Positions 54,922-64,000 of a stretch of 64,000 nucleotides of DNA are shown here, piece by piece. Origin of the DNA: Pseudomonadota bacterium (GTDB lineage Bacteria > Bdellovibrionota_G > JALEGL01 > DATDPG01). How positions within the stretch are numbered: position 1 is the first letter of the stretch; every line of letters begins with the position of its first letter. Where the stretch lies: positions 1 to 64,000 of the forward strand of contig JAZDDX010000029.1 in assembly GCA_043809315.1 (NCBI GenBank), read 5' to 3'. The position numbers were made by a program, and so were the translations under genes. A model generated the notes under the pieces. It was not told the DNA's origin. It did not search any database and was given only the letters and a program-made list of their open reading frames with translations.

Positions 54922-55793
54922 AGCGGCACGCAGCGCTGATTCTGGCGTTGTTCGTTTCGGTACCCGGCTTTGCCCAGACACCGACCCCGACCCCGGGTCC
55001 GGAGCACCCTGATTTCGAAGCCTGTTTCCGGAAATGTACCGAAACTCGTTGTCCAAGGTTATCAGCCAGCCAGAGCTGCGAAGCTGTTTGCTCGTCCAAC
55101 TGTTCCTTGGGGGGGATTATCCTTGGTCCGCATTCGGACCGACAGTCCTCTCTCCCCGGAGCCAAGACCGATGCAGGAAGCAGCCGCCCATCGAGCGACG
55201 ACTCCGACGTAGATCCGCTCGCTTTGGTCGCGGTCGCCGTCCTCATGGTCACGCCGATGTTCTATTACGCGGTCGATCGTCCCCCCTCGGAGTCCCAAGA
55301 GGACGCGTTCGGACGATTCAAGCTATCCATTCAGGGCGGCTTGGGTGCGGCACTCCCCGGAAACGCGTTGTTCCGGGCCGGGGGAACCGCTCGCTATGCG
55401 TTCGGTTGGCTCGGCTTCGACTGGATCGGCACTCGGGGAGGGGATGACCGCTTCAACCGCGCGAGCTTGATCGCCGGAGTCAGTCTCCCCCCGAAACGGC
55501 ACATCGAGATGGCGGTGGTCGGCGGCCCGATGTGGGAATGGGGGAGCGGAAGCCAGAGCCTCGGGGGGTTTTTCGGGCTTCCGTCCCGGTTCCTTTTACC
55601 GAGCGATTTTCAGATCCGCATCGACCCGAGGATCGGACGGGTATCGAACCGAACGACGGCCGACTTGGGCGGCCATTTCGGAATTCCGCTGGGAAGGCGG
55701 ACACAAGCGTTGATCGGGGGACAAGTGCTGTTCCGCGGCAAGGACGCGAGTGGCGGACCCCAGCTTCTGATCGAGACCAATCCCTGGAACTAA
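54918..55793 (+). CDS. Secreted hypothetical protein with a six-Cys N-terminal module and Gly-rich beta-strand C-terminus
   Basis: Signal peptide; CFRKCTETRC...CEAVCSSNC; ATGA overlap. Confidence 0.6.
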   Translation: MKRHAALILALFVSVPGFAQTPTPTPGPEHPDFEACFRKCTETRCPRLSASQSCEAVCSSNCSLGGIILGPHSDRQSSLPGAKTDAGSSRPSSDDSDVDPLALVAVAVLMVTPMFYYAVDRPPSESQEDAFGRFKLSIQGGLGAALPGNALFRAGGTARYAFGWLGFDWIGTRGGDDRFNRASLIAGVSLPPKRHIEMAVVGGPMWEWGSGSQSLGGFFGLPSRFLLPSDFQIRIDPRIGRVSNRTTADLGGHFGIPLGRRTQALIGGQVLFRGKDASGGPQLLIETNPWN

Positions 55794-56281
55794 TGAAATC
55801 TGAGGCTGAAGGCGGTGAGCCAGTCAAGGGTCACCACGGTCCGGGGGGGACCGACCGGTGAGATGAACAAGCTCACGCCGGTGTTTAGTTCGTAGCGATC
55901 GCCCAAAGGAAGCACGATGCCGCTGCCGAGACGGAGGTCGAGAGCGTTCTGTTTGTCGTATACCCCGTATCCGGCGCCGAACAGGCCGTAGATCGCGGCG
56001 GGACCGAGGTAGACGACGTCGTACCGGAACTGCGGCATCATCTGGAAGCGGAACTCCTTGCTCGCCCCGAAGAGCGCCATCAGCCCGAACCCCATTCGGT
56101 ATCCGAGGTCGTAATTGAACTCCCCGCCGACCCGCACTTGGTTGTGCCAATTCTTCAGGTTGAACGATGGCCCCCCTTCCACGCCCAAGGAATAGTCCCC
56201 CGGGCCCGCCCATGCGGGAGCGGCCCCGACAAAAAGAACGGACAAAACCAAGGCAAAGACGGTCGTTCTAAGCTTCAACAT
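55790..56281 (-). CDS. Small outer-membrane beta-barrel protein
   Basis: Signal peptide ...APAWA; about eight amphipathic strands; C-terminal LRFH. Confidence 0.65.
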   Translation of the reverse strand: MLKLRTTVFALVLSVLFVGAAPAWAGPGDYSLGVEGGPSFNLKNWHNQVRVGGEFNYDLGYRMGFGLMALFGASKEFRFQMMPQFRYDVVYLGPAAIYGLFGAGYGVYDKQNALDLRLGSGIVLPLGDRYELNTGVSLFISPVGPPRTVVTLDWLTAFSLRFH

Positions 56282-56389
56282 CGTACGAAAACCATAGCTT
56301 AGGCTTCTCTCGTTGGGAAGAAACGGACGCCCCACCGGGGTCTCAATGCCATTGATCTCTCTTCATTCTTTTGGTAGACGCACTGAATC

Positions 56390-56713
56390 ATGACCAAAAC
56401 CGCCTTGCTCTGCGCCTTGTACTTGGTTCTTTCCGCCTCCGTCGCCCAAGGGGCGACCTGCAAGTTCATCTATTGGGGTCCTCTGGCCGGCCAGTCAAAT
56501 TCCGACGCTCAACCGGTGAGCCTTGATGGAGAAACGAGGACGGTGGTTACACAAGAGGATTGTGAAACTCTCGCGCTCAAGGAATTGACCAATTCGTTAA
56601 ATGAAACGCGCTCTACCGGCAGGATCGTGAACAGTAACCGCCTAGAGACCACGACGATCGTCGTGAAAGACCTGGAATATATTTTTGAGGTTCGCGAGCA
56701 CATCATGAAATAG
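56390..56713 (+). CDS. Secreted hypothetical protein
   Basis: Signal peptide ...SVAQG; two Cys in the mature part. Confidence 0.55.
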   Translation: MTKTALLCALYLVLSASVAQGATCKFIYWGPLAGQSNSDAQPVSLDGETRTVVTQEDCETLALKELTNSLNETRSTGRIVNSNRLETTTIVVKDLEYIFEVREHIMK

Positions 56714-56733
56714 ATTTCCCCGGAGGCCCCCCA

Positions 56734-57282
56734 ATGACCCGACAAACATTTCGTTCCATCCTGCTTCTCTCCATTCTCTCCCTTTCGGTAAAGGTCTACG
56801 CAACCGACTGTCGTCTGCTGAAACCGGGCGAACAGGTCAAGAGCGCGTTCGTCACGTTGCATACGATCCAGGGAGACATCGGGGTGACGGTCACGGTACC
56901 CGATCTGAATGAGACGATCGGCAATTGCTCATTCGGCAGAGGGGGGATGATGGCCGGCAATAAACAGACCTATCACTTCACGGAAGCACCGTTCCCTACG
57001 GTTAAGATTCAACCCTGGGTGAACGAGATTCTCGGCTCGGCAACTCAGGTTGTCACGTACACGGATGTGACCGTGGATGTGTCGACAAGCCCGTCCGTCC
57101 CGAGCTTGTTGTTTTCCGGACCCTCCAAAAAAGTGCTCGGATTGCAGGTCGAGAGTGTCTCGGGGGTATCCGGTCATGGCGTGATCGGTTTGACTCCGGG
57201 CGTTCAGGCAAACAGTGCCGATGCCAGCGCCTGGGTATCGTACGGTACATTTTCAGCGAATCATTACGAACTTCGTAATTAG
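56734..57282 (+). CDS. Secreted hypothetical protein
   Basis: GGAGG RBS; signal peptide ...KVYA. Confidence 0.6.
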   Translation: MTRQTFRSILLLSILSLSVKVYATDCRLLKPGEQVKSAFVTLHTIQGDIGVTVTVPDLNETIGNCSFGRGGMMAGNKQTYHFTEAPFPTVKIQPWVNEILGSATQVVTYTDVTVDVSTSPSVPSLLFSGPSKKVLGLQVESVSGVSGHGVIGLTPGVQANSADASAWVSYGTFSANHYELRN

Positions 57283-57452
57283 ATTTCGATAATCCAAATC
57301 CCGCGCTCGGTTTTTTCATCCTCGTGTTTCTTTGGCCGTCGAGGATCGAGCATCGGGGGTTCCGGAAGGGGGAGGTGGAGCGGCAACGGCTGCTGGTACC
57401 CGTCGTGACGGTTCCTGTCGTCTTTGAAGTCCCGTCTCTGTTTCGGCAGCAT
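57279..57452 (-). CDS. 57-aa small protein (not in the ORF track)
   Basis: MLPKQRRDFKDDRNRHDGYQQPLPLHLPLPEPPMLDPRRPKKHEDEKTERGIWIIEI*; GGAG RBS and upstream sigma54 site. Confidence 0.6.
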   Translation of the reverse strand: MLPKQRRDFKDDRNRHDGYQQPLPLHLPLPEPPMLDPRRPKKHEDEKTERGIWIIEI

Positions 57453-57478
57453 TTTCGTGCTCTCCGACTCCTATAAAT

Positions 57479-57521
57479 CGCAACGGACGTGCCAGGTTTC
57501 GAAGCACCTAACTTATTGATA
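57479..57521 (-). promoter_or_regulatory. Sigma54 promoter plus IHF site
   Basis: CTGGCACGTCCGTTGCG (57479-57495); TATCAATAAGTTA matches WATCAANNNNTTR (57509-57521). Confidence 0.72.
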
Positions 57522-57600
57522 ACATGGATTTACGCCGCGCGTCAGAGACCCGCACCTGAGCTGAATTTGAGCAGGGGTGGAACTTTAAAGCCGCACCGCT

Positions 57601-58863
57601 CTAGGGCTTGCTGGTCGGCGTGACGAACCGGTTGTAGAGCCACATCAGAATCGTCGTCAGCAGACCGACCGCCCCCACGACGTACCACATCCGTTCGGGG
57701 GCGTGCTGAACCTCTCCGAAGTAATGAAGGAGCCGGCCGGCGAGTCTCCCCCCGACTAGGTACCCGATCCCGATCGGAAGAAACGCATACCCCATGAACA
57801 GCCCTTGCTGTCCCGGAGGGGCGAGCCTCGACACATACTCGTAATAGCGTGGAGCTTGCGTGACCTCTCCGATCGCAAGCAGAACCAGCGTTGCGGCGAT
57901 CAACCCCGTGCTGCCGCCGAACGTCAGGAAGAGAAAACTCAAGCTCGAGATCAAGACGCCGACAATCATCGCCGGGAAGGCTGGGATTTTCCGTGTGAGA
58001 TAAGTCACCAAGAATGTCGTCGCGATGACCGTCACCGCTTCGATCGCCAGCAAGCGGTCGATGTCGGCGTTCGGATCCACGTAGTCGCGGATGAAGATCG
58101 GCAGCGCCAGGTATTGCTGCCAGAACATCACCCAGAATCCGGAGAAGATCAGAAGGAACGTCATGAACTTCACGTTGCCGAGGACCTTGAACAGGTTTCC
58201 GAACGCCACTCCGAGGCTCGCGACCTTCGGCTCGTTTACGCGCGGAGGTTCGCGGTAGAAGAAAAACGTCACGAAGGCCATGGCGAGACAGGTGGCGGCG
58301 CTGACGCGGAAGACGTTCTCGACCCCGACTGATTTTCGGACGACCGACGCGACGATCGGGCCGATCGCGGCGCCGATGTTCACGACGGTGTAATAGATCG
58401 AGTATCCGATCGAGCGGACGTCGTCCGCAGCCGAGCGGGCCGTCGTGCCGACGACGACCGGCTTGACGACCGCCGGCCCGATCGCCGGAACCAGCATCAG
58501 AATGTGCATCAATGCGAAGAGCGGGAGGATCTCCCGGATCGGGGCCATCCACGAAGCCGAGAGCGACCCCAGCAGGAAGTTTCCGATCGCGAGGATCACG
58601 AACGCGCCGATGAGTGTCCGGCGGAAGCCGAAGCGGTCGGCGAGGGTCCCGCCGATGATCGGCATGAACCAGACGATGAAGCCGTAATACCCGATCAGCC
58701 AGGTGGATTGTTCGCTCGAAAGCCCCAGGTGCTCATGGAGGTAGATCGCGAGAACCGCCTGCGGGCCGTAGTACGCGAGCCGTTCGAAAAGCTCGGTGAA
58801 GTTCGCGATCCAGAACGTGCGGTGAAACCCTTTTCGAATCCTCTCAAACCAGCCTGCGGTCAT
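57601..58863 (-). CDS. MFS transporter, POT/PTR peptide-transporter-like
   Basis: ELFERLAYYG (ExxER) motif, GGTLADRFG, about 12 TM. Confidence 0.85.
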   Translation of the reverse strand: MTAGWFERIRKGFHRTFWIANFTELFERLAYYGPQAVLAIYLHEHLGLSSEQSTWLIGYYGFIVWFMPIIGGTLADRFGFRRTLIGAFVILAIGNFLLGSLSASWMAPIREILPLFALMHILMLVPAIGPAVVKPVVVGTTARSAADDVRSIGYSIYYTVVNIGAAIGPIVASVVRKSVGVENVFRVSAATCLAMAFVTFFFYREPPRVNEPKVASLGVAFGNLFKVLGNVKFMTFLLIFSGFWVMFWQQYLALPIFIRDYVDPNADIDRLLAIEAVTVIATTFLVTYLTRKIPAFPAMIVGVLISSLSFLFLTFGGSTGLIAATLVLLAIGEVTQAPRYYEYVSRLAPPGQQGLFMGYAFLPIGIGYLVGGRLAGRLLHYFGEVQHAPERMWYVVGAVGLLTTILMWLYNRFVTPTSKP

Positions 58864-58891
58864 CGTGATCTCTCCTTTTCAGCTGAATGTT

Positions 58892-60406
58892 CTACGTCTG
58901 GATCCTCGGGAACAAGGGCTTGGAAAGAGCGGTCCGGAAGAGCGCTTGCTCCCCCGCCGGCGGGGAGAGGGTTTCGCCGGCACCGATGGCGGCGAGAAGC
59001 TCTTTCATTTTGACCGGCATCATCGGAAGGAGGCAGAGGCCGGCCCAACGGAGACTTTCAAGAAGGATGTACATCAGTTCGGCGAGCTTCGGTTTGTTGG
59101 CCGGATCTTTCGCCATCGTCCAGGGCTGCCTCCGGTCGATCAGTTGGTTCGCTTCCGTAACCAACTTCCAGGCCTCTTCGAGAGCCTTGTCGATGAAGAG
59201 TGAATTCATATGCCCGTGGTAGCGCGTGATGATTCTACGGATGTTCTCCAGTTCGACGGTTAGGGTGAACTTCTCGGGCTTGCGGAGTTCCTTGCCGAGG
59301 TATTTCTCCGCCATCGAGATTGTGCGGCTCAGAAGGTTCCCCAGGTCGTTCGCCAGGTCGGCGTTGTAACGGAGGGTCAATCTTTCTTCCGAGAAGTCGC
59401 CGTCTTTGTCCCACGGAACCTCGCGCATCAGGTGATACCGGATCACGTCGGCTCCGAACTGTTTTGCGAGCGCGCGCGGGTCGGCGATCACCCCTCGGCT
59501 CTTCGACATCTTCTCCCCCCCCATCGAAACAAATCCGTGCGCCCAGACCGACTTCGGAAGGGGGAGCCCCGCTGCCATCAGCATTGCCGGCCAGATGAGA
59601 CAGTGAAACCGCGTGATGTCCTTGCCGATCACATGCAGGTCGGCCGGCCAGTACTTCCCGTATTTCGGTCCGCCGATCGGGCCGACGGCCGAGATGTAGT
59701 TGATCAAAGCGTCGAACCAGACGTAGGCGACCGCCTTCTCGTCGAACGGGAGCTTCACCCCCCAGTCCTTGTTCGCCCGCGAGATCGAGACATCCTCGAG
59801 CCCTAGCTCCAGGACCCTGAGGATCTCGTTCCGCCTCGTCTCGGGACGCAGAAACCCTGGATTCTTCGCGAAATGGTCTTTGAGCTGTGCCGAGAAGGCG
59901 CTCAAACGGAAGAAGTAGTTCTCCTCCCGGATCCACTCCGGCTTCGTCTTGTGATTCGGGCAGAGCCCCCCTTCGAGATCTTTCTCCTGGTAGAACGCCT
60001 CGCACGAAACGCAGTAGTGTCCCTCGTACGGCGCCTTGAAGATGACCGCCTGTCCTTGGGCGTCTTTGGCGGCGTGAATCCGCTTTGCGACCTCCCGGAC
60101 CGTCTCGTGATGGATCGGTTCCGAGGTCTGAATGAAGCGATCGTTCGAGACGTGGAGTTCGGCCCAGGTCGCCCTGAACTCCTCCGCCATCCGGTCGCAG
60201 TAGGTCTTGGGATCGAGTTTCAGCTCGTCCGCTTTCTTCCGGACGTTCTGGGAGTGCTCGTCGTTCCCCATCACGAAGAGGACGTCGTCCCCTTGCAAAC
60301 GCCGGTACCGAGCGATGACGTCGGCACCGATCTTCTCGTACGCCGTCCCCAAGTGCGGGGTCGAGTTGGCGTAATCGATCGCCGTCGTAACGTAGAATTT
60401 GGGCAT
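58892..60406 (-). CDS. metG: Methionine--tRNA ligase (short form)
   Basis: FYVTTAIDY, HLGT, YVWFDALINY, GKDITRFH, KMSKS. Confidence 0.95.
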   Translation of the reverse strand: MPKFYVTTAIDYANSTPHLGTAYEKIGADVIARYRRLQGDDVLFVMGNDEHSQNVRKKADELKLDPKTYCDRMAEEFRATWAELHVSNDRFIQTSEPIHHETVREVAKRIHAAKDAQGQAVIFKAPYEGHYCVSCEAFYQEKDLEGGLCPNHKTKPEWIREENYFFRLSAFSAQLKDHFAKNPGFLRPETRRNEILRVLELGLEDVSISRANKDWGVKLPFDEKAVAYVWFDALINYISAVGPIGGPKYGKYWPADLHVIGKDITRFHCLIWPAMLMAAGLPLPKSVWAHGFVSMGGEKMSKSRGVIADPRALAKQFGADVIRYHLMREVPWDKDGDFSEERLTLRYNADLANDLGNLLSRTISMAEKYLGKELRKPEKFTLTVELENIRRIITRYHGHMNSLFIDKALEEAWKLVTEANQLIDRRQPWTMAKDPANKPKLAELMYILLESLRWAGLCLLPMMPVKMKELLAAIGAGETLSPPAGEQALFRTALSKPLFPRIQT

Positions 60407-60415
60407 GAACCCCGA

Positions 60416-61123
60416 TTACTTCTTCTTGGTCGTCTTCGGCTTGACCGAAGACGGGGGGGCCTGCATCCCGCCGAACGACATCGTTTGCTTGGTGTAATCT
60501 TTCGGAATCTCGAATAGGGCGTCCGCCAACTTCTCCTCTTTGTACTCTTTGAGCTTCATCTCCTGTTCGACCGTGTTCGTCGGATCGACCGCTTTCTTGA
60601 CGGTGAACTCGATCGGAAGGCCGCTCAGGCCGCTCGGCAGGCCGGAGCCCTCTCCGCCCGGACCTTTCGGCGTGCTCTTTTCCAGTTCCGTCAGCGCCTT
60701 CGCCAGCTCTTTGGAGGTGCAGGCTTCCTCCTTACGCCCCTCGACGCTCCTCTCGAAAACGTCGCAGGAGTATTTCCCGATCTTCTTCGTCTTCCCCGTC
60801 GCCTTAAATGGGACCTGTTTCGTCTTCGCTTCGGCCACCGCTTTGGCGTCCGGCACCGGCATCTCCATGTACGACTTCTGCCCCTCCATCAGCATGACGA
60901 ATCCTTTCATCTTGGGGTTCCGGACCATCACCATCTTCCCCATCGGCATCATGGAGCCGGAGCTCTCGAACCGGACCGACTGGTCCTGCAGCATGTAGGA
61001 GGATTCGATCGTCGCGGTCTCACCGCCGTTCTTCACGGTGACGTCGTAGACGATCCGATAGCCGGTCCCGGCCCAAACGGTCGAAGAGGCTGCCAAAAAG
61101 AGGATTCCGATCAGTTTTTTCAT
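60416..61123 (-). CDS. Secreted DUF4412-like protein
   Basis: Signal peptide; TGKTKKIGKYSC, GLPIE, FEIPKDY. Confidence 0.7.
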   Translation of the reverse strand: MKKLIGILFLAASSTVWAGTGYRIVYDVTVKNGGETATIESSYMLQDQSVRFESSGSMMPMGKMVMVRNPKMKGFVMLMEGQKSYMEMPVPDAKAVAEAKTKQVPFKATGKTKKIGKYSCDVFERSVEGRKEEACTSKELAKALTELEKSTPKGPGGEGSGLPSGLSGLPIEFTVKKAVDPTNTVEQEMKLKEYKEEKLADALFEIPKDYTKQTMSFGGMQAPPSSVKPKTTKKK

Positions 61124-61173
61124 AGCGACCCCTTTCTATCTGCGCGCTTGCGTACGATCCAGAAGAATTTAAG

Positions 61174-63726
61174 ATGGCGCCACCTATGACGCGCCGAAGT
61201 GTCGCCCGTTACGAACCGCTCAAGATCGAACCGAAATGGCAGAAGGCCTGGACCCGCGCCAAGGCCTTCTCCGCCAAGGACGGCAAGGGGAAGAAGTCGT
61301 ACATCCTCGACATGTTCCCTTACCCCTCCGGCCGGATCCACATGGGGCACGTCCGGAACTACGCGATCGGCGACGTCGTCACCCGATACCGGTTGCACCT
61401 CGGCGAGAACGTCCTCCACCCGATGGGGTTCGATGCCTTCGGGATGCCGGCGGAGAACGCCGCGATTCAGAACAACTCCCACCCCCGGAAATGGACGTAC
61501 GACAACATCGAGTTCATGGAGACGCAGCTCAAACGGATAGGCTTGGCGATCGACTGGGACCGCCGCGTCGTCACCTGCGACCCCGCCTACTACCGCTGGG
61601 AGCAGCAGCTCTTCATCCAGATGTACGAGAAGGGACTCGCCTATCGGAAACGGTCGGTCCAGCATTGGTGCCCGACTTGCGAGACGGTGCTGGCCAACGA
61701 ACAGGTCGAAAACGGGAAATGCTGGCGGTGCGATTCGGCTGTCACGAAGAAAGATCTCGACCAGTGGTTTCTGAAGATCACGGCGTACGCCGACGAACTG
61801 CTCGAGGGATTGAAAGAGCTCGCCGACGGGTGGCCGGAGCGGGTCCTCACCATGCAGCATAACTGGATCGGGCGGAGCGATGGGGCGTACATCGACTTCG
61901 AGATCGAGGGGATGCCTGGGGAGAAGCTCCAGGTCTTCACCACCCGCCCCGACACGCTGTACGGCGCGACCTTTCTCTCGATCGCCCCGGAACACCCGTT
62001 GATCGCGAAGGTCACAAAGCTCGTTTCGAAGGAAAAGCGGGAAGAGTTGCTCGCCTTCGCCGAGAAGGTGAAGAAGACCGACGTCTCCGCCCGGACCGAA
62101 GCCTCGCTCGAGAAGGAGGGGGTCGCCACCGGGATCTTCGGACTCCACCCGTTCACGAAAGAGCGGCTCCCGATCTACGCCGCGAACTTCGTCGTCATGA
62201 TGTACGGAACCGGCGCCGTCATGGCGGTTCCTTGTCACGACCAGCGCGACTTCGAATTCGCCGAGAAGTACGGGATCCCGCGAGCACTCGTCATCCAACC
62301 TCCGGATCAGAACCTGACCACGGAGGAGATGGAAGCGGCGTACGAAGGGCCGGGAACGATGATCCGGTCGGGGGAGTTCGACGGACTGGACAACGAACAG
62401 GGGAAGAAAGAGATCGTCGATGCGCTCCGGAAGATCGGCGCGGGGAAACCGGCGATCACCTATCGGCTTCGTGACTGGGGGATCTCCCGCCAACGGTACT
62501 GGGGGACTCCGATCCCGATGGTTCATTGCGATTCGTGCGGCACCGTCCCCGTGCCGCTCAAAGAGCTTCCTGTCGAACTTCCCTCGAAAGTCCCGCTGAC
62601 CGGCGAAGGGGGTTCCCCCCTCGCGCGGATTCCGTCGTTCGTCAAGACGAAGTGTCCGAAGTGCAGGAAACCGGCCCACCGCGAGACCGACACAATGGAC
62701 ACCTTCATGGAGTCGTCCTGGTATTTCCTCCGGTACTGCTCCCCGAAGTTCAAGAAGGGGTTGTGCGATCCGAAGGCGGTCGACTATTGGATGCCGGTCG
62801 ATCAGTACATCGGAGGGATCGAACATGCGATCCTCCACCTCCTCTACGCCCGGTTCTTAACCCGTGTCCTGCGCGACCTCAAGATGGTGAAGGTCTCCGA
62901 GCCGTTCCAACGCCTCATGACGCAGGGGATGGTGATCAAGGACGGGGAGAAGATGTCGAAGTCGAAAGGGAACGTCGTCGACCCGGACTACCTGATCCAG
63001 AAATACGGCGCCGACACACTCCGCGTCTTCTCGCTCTTTGCCGCCCCGGCGGAGCGGGATCTCGACTGGAGCGACCAGGGGGTCGACGGGGCGTTCCGCT
63101 TCCTCGACCGGTTCTGGCGTTTTGTCCTCAATATCGACGCCGTGACGAGAAAGCTCCCGAAGCTCTCGGACGTTGAGATCCGAAAAGACCCGAAGGCGGA
63201 AGAGGTCCTTCGAGGTTTGCACAAGACGATCCGGGCGGTGACCGAAGGGATCCGACGATTCCATTTCAACACCTCCATCAGCGCCGTCATGGAGCTGGTG
63301 AACAGCATTTCGGGAGAGCATCCCGACTTCTGGAGCCTAGCTCTGGAGCCGGAGAAGGGGTCGGATCTCTCGACCGAGCAGCTGGCGGCCTGGAGGGAGG
63401 CGGCCCGCGCGACGGTGATCCTGATGTCGCCGTTCGCCCCGCACATCACCCAGGAACTCTGGAAGGAGCTGGGGAACAAGAAACTCCTGGCTCGCCACCC
63501 CTGGCCGGCGTTCGACCCGGCGCTGGCGGCCGACGAAATCGTGACCCTGGTCGTCCAGGTGAACGGCAAAGTCCGGGGGAAGGTCGAGATCGAGCGGGGG
63601 GCGGCGGAATCGGCCGTCCTGGCGGCCGCCCAGTCAAACGACAACGTCCGACGGTTCCTCGAGGGGAAACAGATACGGAAGACCATTGTTGTTCCCGACA
63701 AACTGGTTAATCTAGTGATCGGGTGA
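61174..63726 (+). CDS. leuS: Leucine--tRNA ligase
   Basis: [40 protein letters not shown]; start may be 61186. Confidence 0.97.
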   Translation: MAPPMTRRSVARYEPLKIEPKWQKAWTRAKAFSAKDGKGKKSYILDMFPYPSGRIHMGHVRNYAIGDVVTRYRLHLGENVLHPMGFDAFGMPAENAAIQNNSHPRKWTYDNIEFMETQLKRIGLAIDWDRRVVTCDPAYYRWEQQLFIQMYEKGLAYRKRSVQHWCPTCETVLANEQVENGKCWRCDSAVTKKDLDQWFLKITAYADELLEGLKELADGWPERVLTMQHNWIGRSDGAYIDFEIEGMPGEKLQVFTTRPDTLYGATFLSIAPEHPLIAKVTKLVSKEKREELLAFAEKVKKTDVSARTEASLEKEGVATGIFGLHPFTKERLPIYAANFVVMMYGTGAVMAVPCHDQRDFEFAEKYGIPRALVIQPPDQNLTTEEMEAAYEGPGTMIRSGEFDGLDNEQGKKEIVDALRKIGAGKPAITYRLRDWGISRQRYWGTPIPMVHCDSCGTVPVPLKELPVELPSKVPLTGEGGSPLARIPSFVKTKCPKCRKPAHRETDTMDTFMESSWYFLRYCSPKFKKGLCDPKAVDYWMPVDQYIGGIEHAILHLLYARFLTRVLRDLKMVKVSEPFQRLMTQGMVIKDGEKMSKSKGNVVDPDYLIQKYGADTLRVFSLFAAPAERDLDWSDQGVDGAFRFLDRFWRFVLNIDAVTRKLPKLSDVEIRKDPKAEEVLRGLHKTIRAVTEGIRRFHFNTSISAVMELVNSISGEHPDFWSLALEPEKGSDLSTEQLAAWREAARATVILMSPFAPHITQELWKELGNKKLLARHPWPAFDPALAADEIVTLVVQVNGKVRGKVEIERGAAESAVLAAAQSNDNVRRFLEGKQIRKTIVVPDKLVNLVIG

Positions 63727-64000
63727 AGATCTCTCCGGTTGTATTTGTCGTAGGCGCGCAACCCCTTCAGCAGAAGCTGTTCGTGGAGGAGGTGCGGAAG
63801 AATCTCTTTCCGAACGGATCCGGAGGTTTGAACGACGACACGTTCGACGCGAAGGAGAAGAACCTCGTCGAGATCCTCGACCTCGCCAACACTTTCCCGA
63901 TGCTCGCTCCGAAACGCCTCGTGGTGGTGACCCTCGCCGACGATCCCAAAGAGGCGGATGAGACGCGCTGGATCTCGTACGTCGAGAACCCCTCGCCGAA
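63723..64000 (+). CDS. holA: DNA polymerase III subunit delta, 3' end outside window
   Basis: GTG overlaps the leuS stop; [11 protein letters not shown]...[15 protein letters not shown]; usual position after leuS. Confidence 0.8.
   Translation, partial: MKISPVVFVVGAQPLQQKLFVEEVRKNLFPNGSGGLNDDTFDAKEKNLVEILDLANTFPMLAPKRLVVVTLADDPKEADETRWISYVENPSP

Noticed and set aside
1-64000. CRISPR array, rRNA, IS element, reverse transcriptase or DGR
   Set aside because: No regularly spaced repeats, rRNA-like stretch, transposase or RT motifs noticed; variation in the lipoprotein array does not look like an adenine-specific template/variable-repeat pair

Overview
High-GC bacterial chromosome segment. The gene content (several PilZ proteins, a lidless Hsp70, carD-ispD-ispF, a PEGA protein, many sigma54 promoters) suggests a Myxococcota/Bdellovibrionota-like 'deltaproteobacterium'; this is an inference. 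The backbone is housekeeping: lipB-hisS-aspS-rnhB-yraN plus a two-component system, def-fmt-PASTA-rpe, tRNA-Leu(CAG), ppdK, carD-ispDF, rarA, metG and leuS-holA. Small accessory islets are interspersed. Main observations: (1) a 3.6-kb lipoprotein-subtilase cassette bounded by an exact 24-bp direct repeat that duplicates the TetR-stop/radical-SAM-start junction, with no recombinase nearby; (2) next to tRNA-Leu, four paralogous four-cysteine lipoproteins arranged as a duplicated two-gene unit, with near-identical sigma54 promoter and signal-peptide DNA but highly diverged mature regions, divergent from a STAND-type adenylate cyclase; (3) seven GG-N10-GC sigma54-type sites, mostly before orphan secreted genes, with two recurring candidate enhancer motifs, one shared by (1) and (2); (4) a stand-alone RelA/SpoT-like protein with altered motifs and a Zn ribbon at the end of the def-fmt-rpe operon; (5) two small ORFs missed by the ORF track, an apparent ACG start codon, and an RHH-fused MNT/HEPN toxin-antitoxin pair with a palindromic operator. 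No CRISPR array, rRNA, integrase or transposase was recognised.
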